Assembly: GCF_001194135.2 (NCBI RefSeq)
Contig: NC_068986.1
Span: forward strand, 99,150,283 to 99,214,282
Length of the DNA: 64,000 bases
Direction: 5' to 3'
DNA from: Octopus bimaculoides
Lineage: Eukaryota
Shown: piece after piece, positions 11,808-26,279 of the stretch
How the letters are laid out: each line of letters begins with the position of its first letter
How positions within the stretch are numbered: position 1 is the first letter of the stretch
Notes under the pieces: model-generated
What the model was told of the DNA's origin: nothing
The model's input: only the letters and a program-made list of their open reading frames with translations
Database searches by the model: none
Translations under genes and position numbers: made by a program

Positions 11808-14099
11808 GATATTTGCTCATCATGCCATGCAGAGGGATTGAACCTGAAACCAAGAATGGGGTTGTAACAGAGAGAGAGAGAGACAGAGAGAGGTGCCTTT
11901 ATCCTAGGTGCTGAGAAGCTAAAGTAAGGGAGAGGACAGGCACAAGTGTCTTGCTATAGAAAGTAGGTGAATATTAAGAAAGAATATGGACAGATGGTTA
12001 AAGATGGAGTAAGAAGCATTCAACAGAGAGAATGATTGAATAAGTGTAGAGGTGTGGTCAATGGTAAATAAAGGGTGAAAACATATGTGTGCACGTTCGC
12101 ACATACACACACAATCCCTATAGAGTATAAAAAACAATAATCACTTATACATTTCTGTGGAATACATCATGCAACATTTAGTCCCAGATGAACATTGATT
12201 CAAGAAATCTATAACCAGATACGTCAGCTGTAGCCATCACATCGATCTTTTTAGGAAATTGACTACATTACTGAATGCTTGCTTCCATTATTTTTTAAAC
12301 AGTAAGGTGAGGTTTGAGGAAATTTTGGTGGCTATTTCTAGTAAGTTGAGTAACTGCACAAAGTAGGAGTGGGGAACTGTTGGCCTGAGTGTAAAATTTA
12401 GTCTACATTAAAATTTGATTACATATATTCACACACACACACACATATATATATATATTCGCATAACTGGCCTGTTAAAAACACCCTTCGATTGTTGGGC
12501 AATATGATGTGCTTGTGAAGACCTGTTGAACTGAGTGAATTGGTAGTCGTGGCCAATGCTGGTGTCAGGTCAACTGCACCCATGCCAGTGGCACGTGAAA
12601 AACACCAACTACACTCTCAGAGTGGTTGGCATTAGGAAGGGCATCCAACCATAGAAAATCTGCCTAAATAAAATCAGCCGACCCATGCAAGTATGGAAAA
12701 GCAGATGCTAATCAATGTATATATATATATATATATATATATGTATGATTACACTCTTGGAGTGGATTACGCTCTGGGAGTAGTTTGCATTAGGAAGGGC
12801 ATCTAACTGCAGAAACCATGCCAAATCAGATTGGAGTCTGGTGCAGCCCCTCAGCTTACCAAGCCTGGTCAAACAGTCCAATCCATACCAGCATGGACAA
12901 CAGATGTTAAACGATGATGATGATGATGTACATATGCACATATGTATGTATGAACATATAAATACAGACATGTGCATTCATAAGATAATTTGCTCTAAAG
13001 AAATAGGTCACAATATCAGGTTTACATTTGTTAAACCGCCCACATCTTCATTTACATAGCTGTCATATTTGTTAAAAGTTTAATATCCAAGTTTGTGGGT
13101 GTTTTTAGCTTTGGCTAAGTCCATTGTTCCAAGCATTCCTGTCTGGTGTTCAGTTCTTCCCTTCCTCCCAGCAGTCAGAGAGGCTTTGCATTATGTTACT
13201 GACACTGCCCTACCTCCTTCAGCTATGTTATGTAGAGAACAAACAGTTTAGTATGAATGAATGAAGGAATAAATGTAGGTATGTGCGTGTGTATATATGC
13301 ATGAATATCTATAATTGTTTAGGCGGAGCAGTTCTTCTTTTACATATTTTGATTTGAATGCATTAAAAATAGATGCTTGTACAAAAAGAAAAAAAAGAAA
13401 AAAACTGCTCAACATGAAACTAAAACAAGTACTGCATAATATAGGAAAAATTAAAAACAACATGAAAAATGTAAGAGTGATATTAGTGATATGTTTGTAA
13501 TTATGGTTAAAAACAAATATATATTGCAAAAACTAACAATCTATTCAATAATACGAATTTGTAAGGAATTAGAAAAAAAATATCATATAATTAAAAATTG
13601 AACTAAGTAAACTAGTTACAGGAATAAATGTTCCTTTGTTTTTCTTGTAGTGAAAGAGAATTCCCTCCAGCACATATCAATGACAATGAAAATACACAAA
13701 ACAAAACAATACCCTTAGGCCCAAAATATTTCCAAGAAATTCACCAACATGCAAGATTCTTTACCAATTAGGTGATTTCATCAAACAGTACATACTAGAC
13801 AAAAGTGACACAGTGTATGGTTCTTAGAAGAAACCATCTTGGATGCAGAAAGTCTTCCAAACAACACTACCACTGCCATCGTTTCAATGTCCACCCATGC
13901 TTGCTTGGGTGGACAGAGTTTATCGAGGCAAATTTGCTACTGCCAGACATGTTTATACAGAATATTGTAAACGAATGACATTCGTTCACAACAATCACGT
14001 GATATCAAGAGAACACACACACACACTCAATCCAAAGCTGATCAAAACCTTGTGAGTGGATTTGGCAGACAGAAACTGAAAAGTCTACATTATTTACAA

Positions 14100-14330
14100 T
14101 TGTCAGATAGGTGTCCTCATCTTGTTTGTTGTTATCACGTTTCAGCTGATGTACTCTCCAGCCTTCATAAGGAATTTCGAACCCAACCCTTTATTTAACT
14201 AATGGGGTACACTGTTCTCATTCGTAGGATATCTTATTTTTCTGCTCTTATCCGCTATGCTGTAGTAGTTTATCTTTTATTAATACTATCCGTACATTGT
14301 AAATAATGTACATAATTCCTCATCTCAAAA
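14100..14330 (-). mobile_element. Penelope-like pLTR relic with mutated minimal hammerhead
   Basis: Minus strand CTTATGA-A-GGCTG-gagagtacat-CAGCT-GAAACG matches the PLE hammerhead layout with G5 changed to U. Confidence 0.6.
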
Positions 14331-14810
14331 ATAAAGGATAGTATGAAAGAAGTCTGTTTGACACTTGCCCAGGGTGCCATATAGTGGAGCAGAACAGACA
14401 AGCAACATTCTGGACCATACAGCCACGCTTGCAACTATGATATAAACAAAAACTGGACAAGAAAACATTAGTTAACAGCACCTTCATACTTTATAGAATT
14501 CCTAACAAAAATATAGGACTGATAACAAAAGTGTTACTTATAACCCACCACAAGTCAAAATAAACACACCCACACTTTTATTTATTACCTTCTGAGATGA
14601 CGTGTGTACATGCATGCACACATAAAAAGAAAAGAAAAAGAAAAAACATAAAAATTGAAGTAGATATAAAGAAATAGATTTTCGGAAAAACCCCATCTCA
14701 AAAGTGAATGCTGTTCTGCGCATGCTTCATTCTCCGTAATCATCTGAGAACTCCAGACAATGGACATTTCAAAAGTGGTCGTTGTTGTTGTAGCAGATGG
14801 AACCACTTAC

Positions 14811-14953
14811 AGTAAGTCAGGTCGCCCACGCGGTTGAGTGTCCTGTTACATTGCTCTTTAAGTGCCATCTGTGTCAAAGAAGTGGTTGAACTCGGACGCA
14901 AATTGCCTCCCATCGCAACCCTTAACGAGTTAAAGAGAGAGTTTTCGATCTGC
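14811..14953 (-). CDS. Candidate coding exon of an unidentified minus-strand gene (QIENSLFNSLRVAMGGNLRPSSTTSLTQMALKEQCNRTLNRVGDLTY)
   Basis: tatttcag acceptor, GTAAGT donor, one frame open across the exon, non-repetitive sequence; no family recognised. Confidence 0.35.
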
Positions 14954-15160
14954 CTGAAATAACCAAATCTTCTTCAACTTACGTTCTATCTTCTTAGAAA
15001 AGAGAATTTAGTATTCCTGTTAAAAAGAAATGATGGCCATGGCTTAACTGTTCTGGTCATAGATGCTCTCAATCCGGGCTGACAGTATCAAAAATCAAAA
15101 AAAACTAGCCAACAAAGAAGCCTTCAAGTGGCATTCGGTTAACTAGAAATAGCAACCACA

Positions 15161-15391
15161 AGGCGGCGAGCTGGCAGAAACGTTAGCACGCCGGGCGAAA
15201 TGCTTAGCGGTATTTCGTCTGCCGTTACGTTCTGAGTTCAAATTCCGCCGAGATCGACTTTGCCTTTCATCCTTTCGGGGTCGATTAAATAAGTACCAGT
15301 TATGCACTGGGTCGATATAATCGACTTAATCCGTTTGTCTGTCCTTGTTTGTTCCCTCTGTGTGTAGCCCCTTGTGGGCAGTAAAGAAATA
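15161..15391 (+). mobile_element. tRNA-derived SINE, family B, with 16-bp TSD
   Basis: TSD AGAAATAGCAACCACA at 15145-15160 and 15392-15407. Confidence 0.93.
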
Positions 15392-16793
15392 AGAAATAGC
15401 AACCACATCTGCTAAAAATGACATTTCTCCGTCTTAAAGAAAGACAGATAAAAATCTGTAAGCAAGTCTTAGATAAACTGTCTTTAAAAACAGACAAATA
15501 AACAAAAAAAAACGTAGTGATGGATGGAATAATTTTGATCATCAGCTGACCTGGGTCTCAACGATAATCCGAGTAATAAAGGTTGCTTGACTTGCTAGAA
15601 TGCAGTAAGCAAATTTCACGCGAATCCGTATGCAGATAGCAACACGTCCTCCCTTAGCATCCGGGAAGGACATTGGGCGTAGTCCAACAAAATGATAGAG
15701 CATGTTACATCGTCTAGATATACTATGTATGGAAAATAAGAAAGCATAGTTACAACTGGAACGCCTTTCACCATCAACCTGTTTAATCGGGGCTAAAATG
15801 AGATCGTCATAATTTCGATAGTGGACAAAATAAGTACAATACATGTAACATAGGGGTTTCCTCTACATATTTAAGTTCTTGCGATAAACAGTTGAGTGAC
15901 AAAGAAGCCTCGAATTATCGGAGTTCAATCTTGATCGAACTGATGCATGAACCAAAGACTTTTCCTTTCTTCCCTTCTAGCAAGATACAATTCTATAACC
16001 GCTTCAATCCTATATATAACTTCCTAATAAATGTGTAGAGTCTTGGGCTAATTTTATGGAATATTGTGTTTTACAGAGTGTTGGGAATACTCCAACCCTT
16101 CTTGTTTCAAATTCAAATCCAATTCAGTCGACTTAACCATTATTTTTGCTTGGAACCGATTAAATAAGTACCTGTATTATAATCAAGTTCACTAAGTCGA
16201 CAATAGTTTATTCTTAAATTATGGCCGAGTTTTTAAAAATAAATCGATAATTTGATGTGCTTTTAGTCGATTACATTAACTTCCTTACAAACTTTTAACA
16301 TCATGCTTTAATATTTATTTGCCGCCTACAGATAATACAAACTTCTTTAGTAAATGAATTATTGTTAATGAAGTGTCTATTTTGATAATTAATAGGCACG
16401 AGAAAAAAGCAAGTCAAATCTGACTGGACTGATCTGTGATCAAAAGTGCTCCAGCACAGCCGCAGAGGATAATGATTGAAAAGGCTAAAAGAGCGTGTGC
16501 ACAATATATTTACACACACACACACACACACACACAGTGAAAGTATTATTATTAAACAGGGATATAGTGACTGTGACTTCGAAGTCACGCTGGCGACGGC
16601 CCGTCAGAAACTTTTGCTGATGAAACATCGAATCCAGTCACTTTCAGTTAGTCTCGTATTGTTCAGAGAATGTTCGACTTGATTTTATCTTAATTTAAAA
16701 ATACTTATTTCGTTTGTGTGTGAGTGTGTGTGTGTTTAAACATGTATTTGTATATGTTTGTGCGTGTTTGTGTATATGTATGGATGTTTGTGA

Positions 16794-16830
<37 letters not shown>

Positions 16831-17124
16831 TATACATACGTGTATATGTGCCTGTACGTATGTATTTGTATGTGTGAACGTGTGTGCTAGATTACGTACA
16901 AACAATATCAAATATTTAGCCATCTGAAAACAATTTAAGATCAGCAAAAAAGAAAAAAAATGACATCAACCGTGGGAAATCGAACCACATACCCCTTGCT
17001 TGCCGGCAAAGTGTGTGACTTTTGAGTGAGTGTATATGTGTGTGTGTTTCGACGAGAATACCGGCGGCTTTATAATCTCAAGAATGCAAGTTCAAATCTT
17101 AACGCTGGGGTAGAATTAACAGTA

Positions 17125-17125
<1 letters not shown>

Positions 17126-17198
<73 letters not shown>

Positions 17199-17236
17199 GT
17201 GTGTGTGTAAATGTGTGTGTATGTGTGTGTGTGTGC
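17126..17236. repeat. (TG)n microsatellite
   Basis: Direct reading. Confidence 0.95.
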
Positions 17237-18370
17237 GGGCGCGCTACAGACAGACTGGAAGAAATAGTATAGGAGTGTATATTTAAATGCGTGTCTGTGT
17301 GTATATGCGTATGTATGTATATATGTATGTGTGCGCGCGCACGCGGGCGTTCAAGATAGCGTATTTGGAGCAAATACCATTTTTGGTTCTGTTTTATTCG
17401 ATTATACAAACATTAAGTAGACATATACATAAATGATGTAATAGAAAATTTCGTAGGAAGATATAAGGAACAAAAATCATATTGTTAATGCAAACGCAAA
17501 GCAACAGTCCCTGCTGGTGCCATTTTTACATGAAACAAAGTTAAAAGCCGGCCAAGAATCCTTATAACTGAACGTGAAGGAAAAAATGAAAACGAAAAAA
17601 AGAAAAAAATTTGTTGAAGTACGAAAAATTTAAATGAATTGTTTTATGATAAGTAAAGTTTGTTTCTGTTGTTTTCATAAATATTTTAAAGATTACAAAC
17701 TTACCTCAGTAACTAAACTAGGAATTTTGGTTCAGCTCCCAATTAAAAGTTATGTAGAATTGTGGCAACAGAATTGAGATCTGTCAGTAGAAAGGCGGAA
17801 AAGAGGCGGGGAGAGAAAGGGAGAGTGTAGGAAATAAGGAGAAAGAGAGAGAGAGAGAGAAAGGAAGGGGGAGAAAAAAGAAAGAAAGAAAGAATAAAAA
17901 GCGAAATTGAAGAGTAAATGTGTGTGTATGTATGTATGTATGCAAAGAGCGAAAGAAAAAATAATCAGAGAAATTGAAATGTTAGATTGACAGATAGACA
18001 AAGAGAGGGAGAATAAGTTAAATGTAATAAATGCAGTCTGTGCGCGTTTGTAAGGATGTGTGTGTGTGTGTGTGTGAGAGAGAGTGAAAGAGAGAGCAAG
18101 CGAAAGAGAGACAGAGAGATGTAGACAAAGAGAGGTAAAGTCTCTGTGGGGGTGGAGGGGTGTATGTCAAATAGAGAGAAAGAAAGTAATAGAAAGGAAG
18201 GAGGGAGATTATGTAAAAAATGTGATAGAGAGAGAATATGGAGAGAGGGGGAAGCTGGAAAAAGGGGAGGGAGTAGCGGTCAGTAAAAGTAGAAAAAGAA
18301 AGAAAAAGAGTTAAGAGTGGTAGACAAATGCGATGAGGACAGCTATATAAATATAAACAATGAAAACAGG

Positions 18371-18417
<47 letters not shown>

Positions 18418-18682
18418 TTTTAGGGAAAATAACCAAGTTTCAAGAACTCATCGATGAAAATCCACTATCACATATAGAAAAATTAACAATTAAAACCACA
18501 ATAAATGAGTATAATATAAAACAAAGTAAATATCATAAGATAAAGATAATATAATACTTGGTTATTTTCCCTAAAACTATATATTTTATATATATTTTAT
18601 CTATAAAGCTCGATTTAATTTTGATTTTTTATAAATTGATTTTAATTGAGTTTTTACCTGTAATTTTGGATTTTGTCCCTAA

Positions 18683-18740
<58 letters not shown>

Positions 18741-21291
18741 TGAATGACTGAGCGAAAACGAGATGTAAACTGATAAAACAAACTGAAACGAGATCAAGAC
18801 TTGAAAGATATGGACATAAATGACAAAAAAAAAATAAAAAGGTAATGGACTGTACAGGGAAGTAAAACAAATGAAAAAGAGAGATATAAAAAGACTGATT
18901 GAGTGTATAAAAGAAAGAATTTGAGATAAGAGGACGCAGATAAGAGAAGAAAGTTTAGATTAGTATTTCTTCATTTTTTTTTTTTTCTGTAGCTTCCCCT
19001 ATCGCCTTTTCTAGTACACCTTCACGGATTTCTTACCTCGTATGAAAAGAAAAATAGTCTTGTATATATAATACTGTTTATTGAATAATGTTAATTTTCA
19101 CCAGATTTAAGAATTGTGGTTTTTAGATTTACAGAGAGACGGAAAGAAGTGGGGCAAAGATGGTAGTAGGTAAGTGAACTGGATCGTTTTATGGATATGG
19201 TTTAAGAGTAGGCAGACTGGAAGCGGAAACGTCCGAGTAAGGTTTGAATTTTGAAGAAGTTCATGGACAAGAGAGAGAGAGAGAGGGGTGGGGCACACGC
19301 ATTAGTGTTGCTCTGTGTGTGTGTGTGTGTGAAAGGATTGAATGACAAGGTGAAAAAAAAAGGAAAGTTAGTGTAAATATGAATAATGTAGAAGCCTCAG
19401 TCAACAAGCTGACCCAATATAACTGGATGTGAAGTAGTAATGAAATAAAAGACAAACGAATAGAAATGGAAGCGAAGGCGTCATAAGACGTAGCGCGCGA
19501 ACCAGAAAAGGGAGACTTTATGTAGTTGTCCAGCCCTGCTCGGGCAGCCCTATAGTCATGTAGCACACCAGCCGTGACCATCCCTTCTTTTTTATGATTA
19601 TACAGGATTACATTTACTAAAATATCCTTTCAGAAAATAATTTGTGGGAATGTTTTTGCGTTGAGGCTCCCTCGTTGGATCAGGCTGTTCAACCTGCTTG
19701 AAATAGCAGCCAAATCTTCCTTGAATAACAGCCAATTGCTCCCCAAAAGGGAAGGACATATTTGATACATTACATCGCATTTAAAGACAGAATTTTCGCA
19801 GCTGGAACGAAAATCCTTTGTTTACATATCTGATAGATCAGGATTAACCGGAAGGTAAAGCGAAATTGATTTCGGCAAACCAACAAGGACTGTCGATATT
19901 CGTTCGCCTAGCTAGAAATAGCAGCCAAATCTACCTCGTACAGCATCCTTACTGTCCTTTAAAGGAAAAGATACGAATTGGATAATTTGGTCGTCGGTGC
20001 ACACTACCTGGAAAAAAATATACGAGATGATCATGGGTGGGATACTTTGATCAGTTAGAATCACTTGGGGCTGAACAATATGAATTAGAACATAAGAAAT
20101 GAATCAGAAGAAAATATTACAAAACGAAAACCCGGGACGGAGCTGATAAAAGACTGCTTGTGTATGCGTATCAACATTTTAAAATTTCTAACTAGATTGA
20201 ATGGGCCTGCCGTTTGTCCTTTAAGTCAACCCTTGTCTACAAAAGCATCCAGCCCTATCTATTTTTTTTGTTTTCAGACATAGGGTATTGAGAACTATAA
20301 TGTGTCCTTTTTTTAATGGTACAATAAGTAATTTAAAGAAGATTTGACTGCTATTTCTTGCAGGTGGAACAACTGCATAAGGGCCTCCATCGCTGGCTCA
20401 TCGTTTTAACAATTAGTTTTCTTGCAATGGGTCGGATGGGTTTGCAATTTATCGTATTGTGATTTTTCTCAACTCTATTTTCTTATGTCTCACCTGTGAT
20501 TTAACAATTCTCTGTGTGTCCTTGCATCTTTTATATTTTCCTTGACCTTCCAGCTACCAACATGTGACACTTGTTCAACGAACAGTTGTCATTTTTTTCT
20601 TCATCAGCAGGAGTCAACGGATCCTCTATATAGTCTTTCAGCCAGCTAGAAATAGCAACCAAATCTCTCTATTTCATCAAACCGTTTAAAAATGGAAGGA
20701 TAAATTGGGGATAATATGGTCCTAGATATGCTGTGTCTGACGAAAAAGATGGAATGGTCATAGCTCAAGTATTACCGATCGTAGAGCTATTTAATCAGGG
20801 TTGATGTATTAACGTATGCACTTATGAATGAACTGCGTAGTCGTTGAATCTGTTTGAAATAACAGCCAAAATGTTATTCAAATTATACTGTACTGTTTTA
20901 AGAAAGAAGACACGTACTGAATGATGTAGTCCTACATACTTTGTGTCTGTGAGAATGCTAGGACATATCGTGGTCGTTCTCCTTAACCAATGGGCTAAGC
21001 AACAACAATTTGTGCCACGATTCATGGATCGTTAACTTTGAATATCAGACAAATCGTGGATCTGAGTTTGAAAAGCTCCCAAATCGTAACATAGCACATC
21101 TCCCGCCCCAGTTTGAGTAAATCTTACTCTTTTAGGATCTAAATATATTAAAAAAGATATATAAATGATGTTTCGATTGACGTTTGAAATCTAATTTCTT
21201 GTGTTGGAACGAGATCCTCAGATTTTATTCATGCACGTCACCAAATTATAAATTAGGAATGATACTATAGAAAAGATCGGANNNNNNNNNN

Positions 21292-21990
21292 CAAAACTTC
21301 TGCTCGTCTCCCCCCGAAATACCCCCTTACTGTTACTCATCCTCTATCCTATTCATAGTAATACATCACCTGTATAAGGATCGGTCTCTATTCAAAAACC
21401 TTCCCATCATCCTGTATTCTCTCTAACGTCATAATTGTTACTTCTCTTCCACCTCAACACTATTGTAATAAGAAATGGCATCTAGTTTGCTCATATTCAG
21501 TACTGTCACTTCCCTTCTGCCATCATTATTGTCTCTTCATGTAACTTCATTGATGTCTACTACTTTTACTGTCTCTATTGTTATCCATAAACCCCTCTCC
21601 TTTCTCTCTCTCACACACACACAATATCATCTCCTTTACTGCTCCCTCCCCTCTCAAAGGAGTTTTCGCTTGCAGGTTACTTGGTGACCCTGTCAGTGCA
21701 GGTGCCACTTAAAAAGCGTCCAGTCCACACTATAAAGTGGTTGGCATTTGGAAGGGCATCCAACTGTTAAAACCTTACTAAAACTGACCTCGCCTGGGCT
21801 TGTGTCACGAAAAAAAAAAACACTAAGTCCACTCTGCTGAGTGGTTGGTATTAGGAAAGGCATCCAGCTGTAAAAATCCTGCCAAAACAGTCACAGAAGT
21901 CTGGTGCAGGCTTCTGCCTGGCCGGCTCCTGTCTAATTGTCCCACCCATGCCAGCACGGAAGGCAGAATTTAAACGATGATGATGATGAT
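21292..21990. mobile_element. Degraded RTE-type LINE pieces and family D tails
   Basis: Family D 3' end with (GAT)n at 21660-21990; partly duplicated at 23755-23950. Confidence 0.55.
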
Positions 21991-22682
21991 GTTATATATA
22001 TGCTTCTTTCAGTTACTGTCTGTTAAATCCAAGGCTTTGATCAGACTAGGGTTATAATAGAAATACAGTATTTCTAATACCACATGGTTAGGAAGCAAAC
22101 TTTTTAACCACAGAGCCATTCCTGAGCCTATACACTCCATGCATTTAGTATGTTAACACTAATTTACCTATTGTTTTTGAAGCCAAACTTTGAACCATTT
22201 AATTTCTAAACATTTCTGTTCTCCCCTCAACAAATACAGTAAGATGTCAGAATTAGTTGAAAATGCCTAGAGTTTTGTTTTTTTATTTGGTATACAGAAC
22301 TTCTTGATGTAAAATTGCATGTTAGAACCAATTTTGCTGTATCTTGGGAGGGTCATTAGGCCAATAATAAACACATGCACTGGCTCTATTTCACTAGGTA
22401 GGCCTGCAGTACAGAGGACATATCATTGATGAGGTTGTGAATGATGACAAAAGAACTTTGACAAATCTGATTGAATAGTTGACTGAACAGTTAATCAAAC
22501 AATTGATTAGTTAATTGGTTTAAATAATTAATCTGGCTAAAATAAAGAAGTGAAAGAGAATCAATGCATGTATTTATTATTGACATAATTACCCTCCTGG
22601 GATATAACAAAACATTGTCCAGAGTTGTTTTCTGTTTTTACTGGCTAAATGGAAATAGTATTAATCATTGTTTAATACAGCT

Positions 22683-22718
22683 ATCTCTCTCTCTCTCTCT
22701 CTCTCCCTACACACACAC

Positions 22719-22798
<80 letters not shown>
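22683..22798. repeat. Compound (CT)n-(CA)n-(TA)n microsatellite
   Basis: Direct reading. Confidence 0.95.
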
Positions 22799-22802
<4 letters not shown>

Positions 22803-25800
22803 GCGGTGCATCAGCATGGCCGCAACTCTAAGCTGAAACTATATAAATATATATATATATATATATACATAATTAAGGGATCAGCAAACATTTGCTTCAC
22901 CACATACCGAAGTTCAGAAATAGCAGCTAAAAAGGCTGAGACTCCAACAGATAGCATTACTTGTAACTCACAAAGGCAAAAACAATGAAAACTAACCATT
23001 CGAAGTTAATCATAGACGCGTTTCTGGATTATGAGCGATAATACTCAATTTCCTTCTTCGGTATGATATTCTAGTAGTAAATTCGACTATGCTAGCAAAA
23101 CTGTGCATGCATGAATGAGTGAATATTCATGCATATATATATATATATATATAGAATAGATTACAATTGTTTAAAATTATGCAGATTGGAAAACAAGTTG
23201 CACTTTGACCTAGAGTTATATTTTATAGTGACAAGTAGTAGCTGTTATTTATTTTTTATAATCTTGAAAGATAAAATGATCAAGTAGTATCAGCTATGAT
23301 AAACTATTTTACTTTTGCTTGAATGCAACAGTTGTATAACAGTTACCATTTTTACACTGAAAACATCAATACTATGCCAGACAAAATGCTAAGCAGCATT
23401 TCTTCCAACTTTACATTCATCAACATCATCATTATCATCGTTTAACGTTCTCTTTCCATGCTGGCAAGGGTTGGACGGCTTGACTGAGGACTGGGAGGCT
23501 GCACCAGGCTCCAATCTGATTTGGCAAGGTTTCTACTGTTGGATGCCCTTCCTAACGTCAACCACTCCGAGAGTGTAGTCCATTCTGAGTTGACTTTGCC
23601 TTTCATCCTTTCAGTGTCAATAAAATTAGTACCAGCTGAGCACTGGGGTCAATGTAATCAATTTGCCTCTTCTCAAAAATTGCTGGCATTGTGCCAAATT
23701 TTGAATCTATTATTATACTAAAAATAAGTTGGCAAGCTGAGTAAAATGCTTAAAACCTTGCTAAAACTGACCTCGGCTGGGCTTGTGTCATGAATAAAAG
23801 CACTTAGTCCACTCTGCTGAGTGGTTGGTATTAGGAAAGGCATCCAGCTGTAAAAATCCTGCCAAAACAGTCACAGAAGCCTGGTGCAGGCTCCTGTCTA
23901 ATTGTCCCACCCATGCCAGCACGGAAGGCAGAATTTAAACGATGATGATGACTGAGTGCTTGTATGACAGCCTTGAGGTTTCATATCTAATCTCATTATA
24001 AGACACCTGGAGTAATTATCTTCAGCTATCATCTTAGTTTGACCAATGGTTTGTGGGTGAAATTTGGTGAACAGAAAGTCTGTCGGATCTAACTATTTAT
24101 ATAGATCGATAAATTCTCATCATATTAATGTCCAATTTTCCATGCTTTCATGAGTTGGATGAAGTTTATTGAGGCAGATTTTCTATGGCCAAATGCCCTT
24201 CCTGTTACTAACATCATCATCATTTAATGTCCGTGTTCCATGCTAACATGGATGGGACGGTACCACAAGAGCCGGCCAGGCTGAAGCCTGCACCAGACTT
24301 CTGTGACTGTTAAGTAATATTTATTTCCCCATGATCAGACATGTTTTAGAAATCAATAACACTACCTGTATTACTGATATTCATTTGCAACTATCATGTG
24401 ATGTCAAAACAAGGTGACAATACACACACATACATACATGATTTTATAAACTCATTTTATATATATATATATATATATACACACACATTATATATATATA
24501 TATATCTATCTATATAAACACAGACATTTTATAAATATACATATAATGGGCTTCTTTCAGTTTGCACCAACATATCCACTAACAAGCCTGAGGCTATACT
24601 AGAAGATACTTGCTGTAGGTGCCACACAATGAGATTGAACCAGAAACCATGTGGCTGGGAAGCAAACTTATCACTATACTGCCATGTCTGCACCTATGCA
24701 AATCTCGTATACCTGTACATGAGCACAAGGTTGATATAAAAGCTAGCAACACTAGTTGTAATATGTATAAATTTTAAGCTATTTTCTGCATTTATAAGAT
24801 AAGTATTTAAAAAATTTTAATAGTTAAATCTATAGATCGTACACATTATACTTTGACTGACCTTTCAATAGAATAAGGTCATTGATCACGAGATTGGGAA
24901 ATATTAAGAGTAGACTTAGTAATCGTAAAAAATAATTAAATGAATTTAGGCTTGGCTTAAAAAGAAATATAAGAGGTAGCTTATCTAACTGCTTTGTACC
25001 CAAACAATAAATCTATTTGTCACTATACCTAGTTCTACGAAACAACCTTCCACTTTTAAAGTGATTTAAACAAAACTCTATCATTTTTTCATGATTTATG
25101 TTCCAAACCCCAGTTTAATAATGACAAAATTATTTTAATGCGTTCTTCATTCTTTTAAAAATTAATTTAAATAAAAGTGTGTGTTTCAACAGAAATATAG
25201 TAACTAAATGGTAAAGTAATTGCCACTTCAAATACAACTAATGGAAAGGTAAAAATACTTAAAAAGAAAATTTTGAAGTAAGTTTTTAATTCAGCGCCAC
25301 TCCACAGCATCTTTGGTGTCCTCCATGTGAGATATGAGCTGACCAAAACCTTGTGACTTGATTTGATAGAAAGAAACCTGTTGTATATATCATCATGATT
25401 TTTTATATTATATGTACATACAAACACACACACCTACTTTTTTCCCTCCAGATCCACTGTCCATGTTCCCTCTTATATTCACCTTCTTGTATCTTGACAT
25501 GCTCTGGTACCTTGTTACCACCATCTCTTTCCAGCAACTCCCACTTACCCGTATATAACTTGGGGTGGTCATGTATCTCCTCTATAACAATATACCTGTG
25601 CTTGTCCCTTCATCATACTTTAGCCCCCACCCCTCCATACACACAAAGTCAAGGTGGTCTTTTCCTTTTGTCGTCTTGCAAGTCGATTGGTGATCTCATA
25701 AGTGCTGGTGGCATGAAAAAAAAAAAAGAACCCAGTACACACAGTAATGTGATTGACATCAGGAAGAGCATCCAGGCACAGAACCATGTCAGACAATGGA

Positions 25801-26279
25801 TGCTCAATGCAGTCTGGCAGCTCAATCAATTCAATTCATGCAAACATGGAAAATGGACATTATATGTCGATGACATATGCATGTGTGTATATGTATCATC
25901 ATCATCATCATTTTAACATCTACTTTTCCATTCTGTTGAGTCATGTTTTCTATGGTTGGATGCCCTTCCTGTTGCTAATCCTCATCTGCTTCCAAGCAAG
26001 GTCATATTTCACAAGTCTATTGGAAAACTAACATCCCAGACATAGTTATGCAGTGAACTGGAAACATATGACACCATTTTGAATGATTCTTTTTGTTTAC
26101 AAAGAGCATGCAACATGTCCAGATATGCTTGTGCAGTGACTGCAAGCAAATGACACAGCCTGTAATGATTGCAAAGCTGTTGTCTACAGTGAATGGACAC
26201 ACAATCACAGGCACCCATATATACATACCAAGAAGCTGATCAACAAGTTGAAACACCGATTGAAGCCAGATATACTGGC

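Noticed and set aside
16615-16640. CTGATGA followed by GAA
   Set aside because: No stem II, no GAAA, no matching stems I or III.
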